From Schmidtea polychroa (Eukaryota), in the NCBI GenBank assembly GCA_044892525.1, contig CM097888.1, forward strand, positions 77,314,001-77,378,000: a stretch of 64,000 nt of DNA. The letters are read 5' to 3'. The position numbers were made by a program, and so were the translations under genes. This document shows, piece by piece, positions 40,401 to 48,994 of the stretch (the first letter of the stretch is position 1; each line of letters opens with the position of its first letter). The notes beneath the pieces were generated by a model. That model ran no database searches, had not been told where the DNA came from, and was given only the letters and a program-made list of their open reading frames with translations.

Positions 40401-43400
40401 NNNNNNNNNNNNNNNNNNNNNNNNNNNNNNNNNNNNNNNNNNNNNNNNNNNNNNNNNNNNNNNNNNNNNNNNNNNNNNNNNNNNNNNNNNNNNNNNNNNN
40501 NNNNNNNNNNNNNNNNNNNNNNNNNNNNNNNNNNNNNNNNNNNNNNNNNNNNNNNNNNNNNNNNNNNNNNNNNNNNNNNNNNNNNNNNNNNNNNNNNNNN
40601 NNNNNNNNNNNNNNNNNNNNNNNNNNNNNNNNNNNNNNNNNNNNNNTAAGTAGCAGCATTTATTATTTAAAACAATACGGTACGTTTAAGTTCTTTCAGG
40701 ATCTTGAAGTCCAGTATGTCACTGATGAATGGGATATTCAGATAGAAATATTTCTGATTCTTTTGTGTTAATTCCCTAGATCTTCTTGGGGTAGAATTCA
40801 TTCTTTCAATGTCCTCACCTTGGTATCCGTTTCGGTGTAGGGTTTTATTGAAATTTGATTGTTCTTTAAAGTTTTCGTTTTTCTCCGTGCATCGATTGGC
40901 TATTCTTCGTTTCTCGTTTCTTATGACATGTACTTTCTGTAAGTATGGAAGCGCTGATCTTTGGTGCATAAATATTTCTTTGCGAGCTGGTTTTCTGTAG
41001 AACCCGTATGTTGGAGTATTTTCTTCTATTTTAATTTTCAAATCCAATAAATTAAGGGATCCATCTTCTTCCGGATACTTCCAGAATACTTTTCAAGTGA
41101 TATTTTAAGAGGAATATAAATTTTCGAATGAGTCCATTAAACTTATCATATCATTGATGGTAAAATGTGATGATTCAAACAAAAATTATTTCCTGCGAAG
41201 AGGTATAAAGATTAAAGAAAATATTTACTATTAAATATAAATTTTCAATGGAAAACAACAAAATGTACAACAAGAAATAAATAAATTAATAATTAATTAC
41301 ATTAATTAATTACGTAATCATAAAATAATTTAGAGAACTTTCTTCATTAGAAAAAAGTATTTGGCAGCATAATAATGATTAAATAAAATAATATTTATTT
41401 TGTTATTATTAGTGTTAAAAGTTTTTGAAAATTGTATATTAAACTACAGAAATCATTAATTATTTTTATTAATTTCTTATCTGGCACGTCAGGAAAAATT
41501 CAAGTCTTAATTATTTTGATAAGAACTGAGACTTTTCTAATGTAAATAATTAAATTACCGAATTCAGTAGTTTAATAAATTATTTTCTTTTTAATTTAAA
41601 GACTGCTTTAAATAATTAAATAAAAATATTTTGTGAAAAATACCGAATAAAATATTTATATTAGAAAATAATTATTAAAACAAATTGTATAAAATTAGAA
41701 ATAAATATTAAATCTTTTTCTTTTGTAAAAGTAAATTCAATAAAGAATTCTAAATATTCTCTTAGGTTCCTCATGTCAATAGGTCATACTTCCGGCAAAT
41801 TCAATTTCGTATTGTTTTCTCTAGATGTCATACAGGAAATTCACTATTAATTGTCAGATATGTAATTAAAAGTATTAAATGTAATTAGCATATAAACTTT
41901 CGAAAAGCGGCGGTTTTTAATCAACGTCCACTAGTCGAATGTAAGACTAAATCGTTTGCCTTATGACTTCAAGCATTGCAATTCAACCTTGCTCTATTGC
42001 TTAAACATTTTGTCGTAATTTACTATAATATTTCAAAAAGTATAGGCTGACTATGGCGCATCAAACTCATGTGCTAAAAGCGATTTGCGCATCTCGGAAG
42101 ATGTTATTAAAAATGCTGAACGGCAAACCATCAATTGTTGTCATTGATGGTATAGCACCACCGCCAAAGCGCTCCACATCATAGGCATCGATATCAAACT
42201 ATTGTTTGATATCGATACCTATGATGTGGAGCGCTTTGGCGGTGGTGCTATACTTTTACTGGGTTCTTCAACACTTTTTAATATATTTTGCACTGAGCAG
42301 ATTTTCTAGATCTTTCGCGTAAAAAATGCTCCAACACTGGAGTTTTATCAATTATACTTTACTTGCTTACTTCAAAGTTTGACATATGCGGTGATTTTAT
42401 TTTTCTTAAATATTTAATTTCCCTATTAAATAAAATAAATTTCAATTTGATATTTGTTATAATTTGGCATTTATGAAAAATCTTTCGTACAAAATGTGAA
42501 AAACTATAAATACACTTGCATAGAGTTGTGTACGTCGGGAGAAAGATAAAAGAAAGATAAATGAATGTAATGAAGTACCCAATTAAAGGCTTTTATCCTT
42601 CAAAGGGTTTATATTTCGGTTTGTTTTGTTTATATAATATGATTAAAGAAATACTCAAAACTCTTGAAATACACCAAATATTTTTTAACCAACAAATTAA
42701 ATAATTAAGTTTTATGCACGGAAAAATATCTGAAAAATCTATGGGTAACATAAATATAATGACGCGCTGATTGTTTGTTAATGATATACTTAGAGACTAG
42801 ACTAAACAAACATGAAAAAATAAATAAACATTTCCCCAATGGACAAATAACGACCCAATGACCACAAATATATTAAATATTTCCCTTAACATTTTGTCCA
42901 GAAGTTATCAAAAAAATAATTAAATTTTCATTATTTATTTATTTGTTTTAGTAGAACACAACAGTGTCACGATACTTTTTAATCCGCCAAAATCCGACGA
43001 CTGCGAGCATATAACAAATCAGTTTCCGTTTTACGACGACGTCAAACATTCAGGAAGTAACAACGACAACGAAACGATCGTGATAAATCGAATAAGTGAG
43101 AATTCGAACAATTTCCAAAAGCTTCTTTCACACAAAAAACAACAGTTAATGTCTCGGGCAAAAATCAAAACTTACAGAATGTCAGCGATTATTATTTCCT
43201 GTTTTTTACTTTGTTGGTTACCATATTGGGTTTATTACGTCTTAGTCACCTTGAAAACTGCGAGATTAATAAATTTCACTTTGGGAAAAAATATTTGGAT
43301 TTCAGTTTTCATTCAAAGCTTAGCCAGTTTGAATTCAGCATTTAATCCGATAATTTACGGATTTTTTAACAGAAATTTTTTTCTATTTTTCCTGAGAAAA

Positions 43401-43445
43401 AATTTTAGTGGACAAAACAATCGACGAAAAATGCAATTTCAATAA
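7993..43445 (+). CDS. GnRH-superfamily (probably corazonin-type) class A GPCR, 3 exons, 389 aa: join(7993..8466,18329..18530,42952..43445)
   Basis: The three ORF segments supply TM1-4, ECL2-TM5 and ICL3-TM7 in order. GT-AG sites have compatible phases (0 then 1), and exon lengths 474+202+494=1170 nt keep frame to TAA. Motifs: GN (TM1), LAFAD (TM2), WN..W...CK, LDRA, AIPQ, DFYQCTT, RAKIKT, CWLPY, NSAFNPIIY. Confidence 0.92.
8940..9280 (-). mobile_element. Penelope-like element RT thumb/linker fragment, degraded
   Basis: The minus strand gives ...FY(K)KPVHEEIFMHQRSVLSYL...EKQRISN*CTEEENYKQQLNFNK, clearly homologous to ORF 40667..41047. It runs into an N gap. Confidence 0.7.
12022..12257 (+). 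mobile_element. Dispersed copy of the hammerhead-containing 362-bp repeat unit
   Basis: Matches the reverse complement of about 59670..59920, including the junction between the spacer and the duplicated part. It is cut by an N gap at 12258. Confidence 0.85.
12197..12238 (+). ncRNA. Degenerate minimal type-I hammerhead ribozyme
   Basis: ATAGTA-GTGATGA-GGTCAAAAAGCTC-GAAA-CTAG-TC-TATTAT. The core C3 is changed to G and stem II is weakened. Confidence 0.6.
12420..12800 (-). mobile_element. mariner-type transposase remnant
   Basis: The minus strand gives TTTTTANIELVRVIKE (HTH region) and ...YIVTVDESW (mariner IVTGDETW-like first D motif), with stops and frameshifts. Confidence 0.65.
13376..13454. 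repeat. (TA)n microsatellite, about 39 units
   Basis: Uninterrupted TA run. Confidence 0.97.
14205..14514. mobile_element. hAT Buster/Charlie-type MITE, 310 bp
   Basis: TIR CAGTGTTTCTCA / TGAGAAACACTG; subterminal CGCGGCACACC motifs at both ends; 8-bp TSD AATTATAT / AACTATAT (7/8, central TA). Confidence 0.88.
16051..16089 (+). ncRNA. Minimal type-I hammerhead ribozyme (Penelope-type), second family
   Basis: CAC-CTGATGA-T-GACAG-GAAAA-CTGTC-GAAA-TATA-TC-GTG: intact core, perfect 5-bp stem II, palindromic ATATAT in place of stem III, only 3-bp stem I. Confidence 0.65.
16312..16740. repeat. Interspersed repeat of about 430 bp, copy 1 (unclassified)
   Basis: Colinear, highly similar direct copy at 29084..29515; no TIR or TSD identified. 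Confidence 0.85.
18329..18530 (+). CDS. GPCR exon 2 (ECL2, TM5)
   Basis: Acceptor ATTTTCAG|GTT at 18328/18329; VLLFDAYRGPWKTVDFYQCTT...YPLVYCVLILLIPIGILVTCYTVII; donor TACG|GTATGA at 18531, phase 1. Confidence 0.92.
23934..24246. mobile_element. hAT Buster/Charlie-type MITE, 313 bp
   Basis: TIR CAGTGGTTCTCAA / TTGAGAACCACTG; perfect 8-bp TSD GATTAAAC; subterminal GCGGAACAC motifs. Confidence 0.92.
25571..25878. repeat. Diverged local direct duplication of about 80 bp (230-bp offset)
   Basis: AATTTTAAAATGTG(T/C)AAACTTCATCATAAA...AAATCTTAAT occurs at 25571 and 25801. Confidence 0.6.
26191..26950 (-). mobile_element. Tc1 (DD34E) transposase pseudogene, internally deleted
   Basis: N-terminal HTH ...IAKAFEVQRSTVTKVIK...GRPCKTDERMDRTI. 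C-terminal [38 protein letters not shown] has 34 residues between D and E and ends CGYPTKY*. There is an in-frame stop and the middle is missing. Confidence 0.88.
29084..29515. repeat. Interspersed repeat of about 430 bp, copy 2
   Basis: Direct copy of 16312..16740. Confidence 0.85.
33350..34845 (+). mobile_element. Degraded, internally deleted hAT element
   Basis: The + strand gives KELCLILDCKTRWNSILNMLERF, LQPIKLAVETISKEN and IHPTSFDSEMVFSVSGLFCTKIKT. Termini are TAGGG...CCCTA with subterminal CGGTAAA repeats and a candidate TSD GTCAGAAC / GTCAAAAC (7/8). Confidence 0.75.
35613..35704. repeat. TTACCGGTAA/CGGTAAA subterminal motif cluster (3' side of the hAT)
   Basis: Several palindromic TTACCGGTAA and CGGTAAA units; a matching cluster lies at 39299..39393. 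The exact TIRs were not resolved. Confidence 0.7.
35799..37716 (-). mobile_element. Near-complete hAT transposase with BED finger, split by two 1-nt deletions (about 639 aa if repaired)
   Basis: ORFs 37240..37716, 36212..37195 and 35799..36131 join. Motifs: BED (VWEHF...CRLC...H...H), RFSLSVDEWTS (D1), INDGGAVM (D2), CLNH (CxxH), KTRWNS, TSTDNERTFS (E). Frameshifts fall at GGAAAC (about 37258) and GGGAAAAAAT (about 36216). Confidence 0.92.
37726..38816 (-). mobile_element. Nested non-autonomous hAT Buster-type element, 1091 bp
   Basis: TIR CAGTGCTCTTCAACC / GGTTGAAGAACACTG; perfect TSD TTCTATTT (37718..37725 and 38817..38824); ORF 37974..38405 is a Buster/Charlie C-terminus (PFVTTYMCERSFS...KTKYRNKLD...QAQPSH); 30-bp direct repeat at 37741..37796. 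Confidence 0.93.
38817..39135. repeat. 195-bp-period tandem duplication of the hAT leader plus transposase start
   Basis: 38817..38940 recurs at 39012..39135; 38941..39010 copies the first ~70 nt of the transposase CDS (37647..37716) with ATG changed to ATA. Confidence 0.88.
39299..39393. repeat. TTACCGGTAA/CGGTAAA subterminal motif cluster (5' side of the hAT)
   Basis: Same motif as 35613..35704, flanking the other side of the transposase. Confidence 0.7.
40655..41090 (-). mobile_element. Penelope-like element RT C-terminal/thumb fragment
   Basis: EEDGSLNLLDLKI...YRKPARKEIFMHQRSALP..QK...R...RC...LHRNGY...LNIPF fits the PLE pattern (F)LD..YRKP..H..S..P..K...NGY...IPY/F. There is no YxDD or GIY-YIG domain in view. 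Confidence 0.8.
41880..42390 (-). mobile_element. Heavily degraded hAT transposase 5' fragment
   Basis: The minus strand gives PVLEHFLRERSRKSAQCKIY*KVLK (BED-like), SMTTIDGLPFSIF and GKRFSLTFD*WTLIKNRRF, paralleling the 35799..37716 protein. Confidence 0.75.
42150..42253. repeat. Near-perfect palindrome: 50-bp arms, 4-nt loop, 1 mismatch
   Basis: 42150..42199 is the reverse complement of 42204..42253 except one position (C at 42186 opposite A); loop TATT. Confidence 0.97.
42952..43445 (+). CDS. GPCR exon 3 (ICL3, TM6, TM7, C-tail)
   Basis: Acceptor TTTGTTTTAG|TA at 42951/42952 (phase 1). The frame is open from there through EHNSVTILFNPP... into the tracked ORF 43080..43445. An AATAAA overlaps the stop codon and another follows at about 43504. 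Confidence 0.9.
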
Positions 43446-43655
43446 AATGAGTGTATTAAAACAAAAATTTGTAGATTTTTTATTAATGTTTATTAATGAA
43501 AATAATAAATTCTGCAGTTTTTTTGTACTCGTTTGTACTAAGTAAATTAACTTTGTTCATTGTCACCTCCTAGGGTTACTGGTCCGCTATGAACACTATA
43601 TAATGTCTTATCAATGTATGTTCGGTTGTGTTTCAATAATTTTAACTTGATATAT

Positions 43656-43745
43656 TTTATTAAAAACTTGAAGACCACTTATCAGTAAATATATCAAAAA
43701 CATCGATATATTTACTGATTTGTAGTCTTCAAGCTTTTTAATAAA
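43656..43745. repeat. Hairpin-bearing interspersed repeat (arms about 40 bp)
   Basis: TTTATTAAAAACTTGAAGACC..TCAGTAAATATATC / GATATATTTACTGA..GTCTTCAAGCTTTTTAATAAA. Related segments occur at about 4021..4124, 35197..35325, 52033..52054 and 53513..53570. Confidence 0.75.
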
Positions 43746-46263
43746 TACAATGGAAAGGAAATCAGTGGTGAAATTGGAAAAAAAGTTTTTATAATTGATA
43801 TATTTTATAAATAATAACATAAAGATCTTACACGCTAAATATTTACCAAAACCAAAGATTACAAAAAGTTGTGTATGATTTGTATATAATGTTTGTCAGT
43901 TTCGATACCAAGGTTAGACAAAATCGAGTATCTGCCTAAGCGCAGTATCTCAAGTGGTGCAGAAACAATGATCATTTTCTAATAAATTTTTCTGATATTT
44001 TCGAATTTTAACTTTTTATTAGATATTTTCTTGTAATTTATTATAGATTTTAAAAAAGAAAATTAATTCGTATTAACTGTAGGGGTATTCTTTTCAATAA
44101 AAATATTGTTACAAAATGATACATACTGTAAAAACTGATTGGTTTTTTAAAGTATATAATTTTCTTTGAAAGGATTAAATTGTGTTCCTTCCATAGGGTG
44201 CAACTTTGGATTGTCCCACTTCTGATATCTGTTAGAACAACTAGTTTGAGTTATAATATTTTTTGAAAACCATAATAAATGACTTTGCTAGAGAAGTATC
44301 TAAAATAATTAAATCACACTCACATGCAACATACATTTACTTTAGTATTAATTTGATTCTCAGGTTATATTCATATTTTACCCCTTACTACAATTATAAA
44401 ATATATTACCTTAAAACTTAATTTTGATTTTAAAATTATAAATCGGCCGTATGACCATTTTATGCCTCTATCATAAAAAAAGACTTTTGATGCACTCAAA
44501 CTTTGAATCTTTTTTGACTTTAATGTTTCAAAAATTGAGCTGTAATAACAAATAGGTCTTTATTTTTTGTTTCCATTTTGATTTTTATAATTTTTGTCTT
44601 CTTTATATTTAAATTATTTTTATTACGGTTATTGATTTTTTTAACCCTTTTTTACCATATGTAACACAAATTTACGGTTTTATCGTTCATAAAAAAAGAC
44701 AATGCCGAAAATTTGTGTTACATGGCGAAACAAAATTCGAACCATAGTTTACAGAAAGGATGAACAAAACATGGCACGCGGTGATCCATTGTAAACAGCA
44801 AACATAAAAGTAAACAATAAATAAACTGTGTTAAATAGAAATATTAGTTGTCACTTTATATATTTATAATAGATATGTACAAGGAATAAGTATTCTTGTA
44901 AACGATGTGACATTGCATTCGTTTTAAAAGACTTTTAAACTGCGGGCTTTCAGAGAATCGTAAATATTAAAACAATTAGTAAACATGCATCGACCCACCG
45001 AGCTTGATAGGCAAAAAGATGAAAGAAATCAAAACACTGTTATCTGTACCTCGGCTGTGCCTAACCATTGAGCAAAACAATCTTAATACTAAGCGATACA
45101 CACAAGATGTCTAATCTAGTTGGTTCTACATGAACGAGTGTCCTGTGAGAAACAACAACTTTCATTACATTGCGATATCTGATATTCTGAACTAAAACAA
45201 TACATCTATAGTACAGTTTGGTGCGTACACCAATTATAAATGACTTCCCAATTGTGTAAAAATTTAGTAACTAAATTTATTTGGTAGGTTAAAAAATATT
45301 TTAATAAGAGAATGCTGTCTTATAAATTTTTCAGATTAAAAAAATATGTGTACATACGTGAGGCCCCGACCTGAGTATTTGATTTTGTTTATGCGGCCCG
45401 GGTCAGAAAAATGTTGTACATCACTGGTCTACAGTATTGGTTCCTAAACTTATGGAAATGCGGAACCCTTCAAAACATAGGAATTTACAACGAATCTAGT
45501 GATTCACTAATTGTGTGTTGTCAATCAACAATGGATATCATCAAGCATTTCATAAAAAATCGTGGAGTAGTTGAGTTCAGCGGAATAAACATTGAAAAAC
45601 ACTGATTTACAATAATAACAACATTTAACCAATTTCTTGATTACTTATAAGTTCCATTTCCCTTTAAATTATTACTATTTAAATCAGTTGTCAAATCTAA
45701 ATTAAGATTTAATATTTTTAAATGTTTGATAATATTTTTAATCCAAATTTTCTGTATTCTGTAAAATCTTAGCAATTTAATGGTTAAAAGCAATAATTAT
45801 GATCATTTTTATTCTGGTATTTTATTAGTTTATATGATTTTAATTAATATTGATAACGAGTAATGGAAGAATTTTATTTGAAAGTTACTTCGAAGACAGC
45901 AAACCAACAGTTTGGTGATCCTGTTTTATCCAGGAACAATGAACAAATTGTCAGCGAAGATACAGATTCTTCCAATTTCATTTGCGTTTCTTCTGACACC
46001 ATTTTGATGAATATTGAAAATAGGTAACAGTTAATTTTCTACTTCCTTTTAGTTATTAAACAAAATTGTTTTTATTTTAATACAATGGTCAACAGTGATA
46101 ACGTCATATTTTTGTTTATCTCGTCATATTCAATATATATAAAAAAGGGTTTTTTCAAAATTCGAAATTAAATCTACAATTATTTCACCTGAATTATTAA
46201 AAATCTTAGTAAAATTTAAATTAATGTGATAAAGCATTATTTCAAAAATAATATAAGTGCACG

Positions 46264-46716
46264 ATGAATAGTGAAAATCAAGAAACAAAAATTCAAAAAT
46301 CACTTATTTTTAGAAATTACATTCCCGAAGATAAATCTTTGCTTGAATTACGGAAAGATCCAATAAAAATTATTGATAGTAATTTCAGTTTTTATATGAT
46401 AATTAGGCTTTTATTCTCACAGTCAAACCTTTGGTTAGCGAACAGCTAGAATTAGCCAAAAATGCCGCTGCACCATATGAAATAGTATTTTATATCAGCT
46501 TACATTGCCGGTAATGATGTTTTTCCAGACTGCTGAAAATCTTAGACACAAGAAAATTGATGAAGATTTGAAACGGAATATTAAAAAGAAAATGGATATT
46601 TTGAAAATAGCAACTCGTCAAGTTATTGTCGAGTTTTCGAGTATGGCAAATTTTAATTGAAAATTTGTATTTCTATTATATTAGATGCGAAATACCACAG
46701 CAGCAGTGAAGACTAA
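46264..46716 (+). CDS. CCDC12: CCDC12/Cwf18 spliceosomal protein, 106 aa: join(46264..46378,46423..46484,46529..46640,46685..46716)
   Basis: The spliced product has LIFRNYIPEDKSL...VSEQLELAK...ENLRHKKIDEDLKRNIKKKMDILKIATRQVIVEF, matching the Cwf18 motifs FRNYxPxD, EQL and DLKRD.KKL..L...T..AI.EL. Three GT-AG introns (phases 1,0,1); 321 nt in frame to TAA. Confidence 0.85.
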
Positions 46717-47092
46717 AATATGGATAGGTTAAGCATGGAAAGTTGTGTTTATAAATAAAGCTTTAGTTTTTGTTTTTGAATTAATTATTGGAAATTATAA
46801 ATATAATATTTATTCCATTTTATTGGTTAATGAAATCATGATTGATTTGAAAATGGTGAAAATGTTTATTTATTAGCTTATTAATTATCTGCAATAGAAC
46901 TAGAAATATAGTTACAAGGAAAGAGGATCGATATCACCGGCAAGACGAGAGGCTCCTCAAATATGAAGGAAACATAGAAAAAATATATTACATATTCAGG
47001 GAAAATTTGAGTTGGTGTTGCCTAATAATATGCTGTATTTACATACGTAGCGTGTACGTGCTTATGGGCGCTTAGCACTTAATGGGTTAGGG

Positions 47093-47719
47093 CAGCGCTT
47101 CTCAACCTTTTTTGGCTTGAGTACCCCTTGGAAGTTCATTATCATAAATTGTACCCCTTATATTAGAAAAAGAATTAAAATATTATTACTCGCATATTTG
47201 TTATTATTTTAAACGTGTTCGAACACTAAATAAATTGCAATAATGTGTCAAGGAGTATGCTCAGAATGTTTGTTGATGAAAGTAAAACATTTATTATGGT
47301 TACATATATTTTAATAAAAAACGACATGCATATAAACTATTAAAATTTTTCATTACTTTTAACTTAACTTATTACATTTAGTGAGATCCTTGAGCTTGCT
47401 TTGAGACGCATAGTTTTTTGAAGTCAGTTCGATTGATGCAAGGTATAATCTTAAATCTGGATCTGCATTCAGCTTATTACGATATTTGTTTTTAATAAAG
47501 AGATATGTAGAGAATGCTCTTTCCACCAGCACTGTACTTGTAAATGGTAACAAAACGTTAAGCGCTTTGATAGAAAGCAATTCATATTTGGTGCTGATAT
47601 GTGACCAAAAGTTAATAAGACATTTGCCACCGCTTTGAAACTAAATTGAGGCGGGAGTTATATTTTTAACATCCGTCATTACTAATATTTTTTCGCGTAC
47701 CACGGGGTGGGAATCGCTG
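47093..47719 (-). mobile_element. Non-autonomous hAT Buster-type element, 627 bp
   Basis: Imperfect TIR CAGCGCTTCTCAACC / GGTGGGAATCGCTG; perfect TSD GGTTAGGG; ORF 47359..47580 reads LLPFTSTVLVERAFSTYLFIKNKYRNKLN. Confidence 0.9.
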
Positions 47720-48994
47720 GGTTAGGGTTAGGGTTTTTACATTTTAGCTTAAATACATTTACTTTTATTTAACATTCCAATTAAAAATACAACATATATT
47801 TTATTCAATTTTAACTTTCTAAGAATTACGATGTACAGCAGTGTTTCCAAGGAGGAGAAAATGTAAATTTTTGTAAAACGATTGGAAATTCAACTATACA
47901 GAAAAGATATCATAGAGTAATCAAAAAGTAATTAATTGAATTACAAGCTGAAAATTAACATATTTTAGAAAGTAAATGGAAATATGTTCAGAGTGGATGG
48001 GATCAGGCGTGCACCCAAGATTTTCGTTGGAGACGCTCAACTTGAGGGGGAAATTTAAGGGTCGAGTTCATTTTCAATATATAATACATGAGAAAAATAA
48101 AATATTAAGTACTATTATATTCATTTCAGATTGGATGGAGGGGGGGGGGTTTAAATTCATTGCATTTACTACAAAGGGTGCCGCTTAATATTATGCGAAA
48201 TTACAGAAAATCAATAAATATTCAAATTTAAAAACGAATCAAATGTAGATTAGACAATGATTATGGTGATTATGGATTTGTCAGAATACGTGTAGAAAAG
48301 GCCGAAAAGAATGGAATGTGTTAAAATAGAAAATCGTCAATTAATTAATTTAATTATTAAAAAAACCCGAGTTTGATAAACAATGAAAAAGTTAACAAAG
48401 TCATTATCGTAGCACCGTGATTAATATGAAGAAGTAGAAGTCGGGGAAAAAAAATTAAAACCGAATTTTGAAACTTGACTTATTTAAAATAAAATGCCTA
48501 CAAATTTTTTATACGTAATTCAAATATTTTCCATGCATACCTTATACGCAACGTCCCCACTAAGACTAGAGTGTTTCTACTTGAAAAACCTAAAGGCTGA
48601 TCAGGTTTAATCACCAAATGTGCAAGTGCAACACCACTTTTGCACTGATACAAATTGGTGACTTAACATTCGTAGTTGATATTTTTTTTAATTTCATTTG
48701 TTTTTATTTTGGATAATTTAAATTAAATTCAAATAGTAAAAATTTTATTTGGTCTAATGATTTTTTGCGTGTACGATAGTTTGTAATAACTGTACCGCAC
48801 TTTCAAAATTGCTGCGCGGCAGCTAAGAGGGAATGTTGATCCAAAATTTTAAAGTTTTGTTATTTAAGGTTTTAAATATTTAAAATTAGTTGTAAAGATT
48901 CCATTTAAAATATAATATAATTAAAATATCGATATTTTGTAAATAATTTTTACAAAATTTATTTTGACAAAATAAATTACTTAAAATTGTAAAA

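Noticed and set aside
31981-40740. Other CTGATGA hits (31983, 36053, 40712) as hammerheads
   Set aside because: They lack a stem II followed by GAAA and a stem I; two lie inside transposon coding sequence.
36297-41000. + strand ORFs 36297..36548 and 40809..41000
   Set aside because: They are antisense shadows of the hAT and Penelope reading frames.
42053-42184. FEN1/XPG-like peptide on the + strand (MLNGKPSIVVIDGIAPPPK)
   Set aside because: The opposite strand gives several ordered hAT motifs over the same interval, and part of the peptide comes from the palindrome arm, so this is a coincidental antisense reading.
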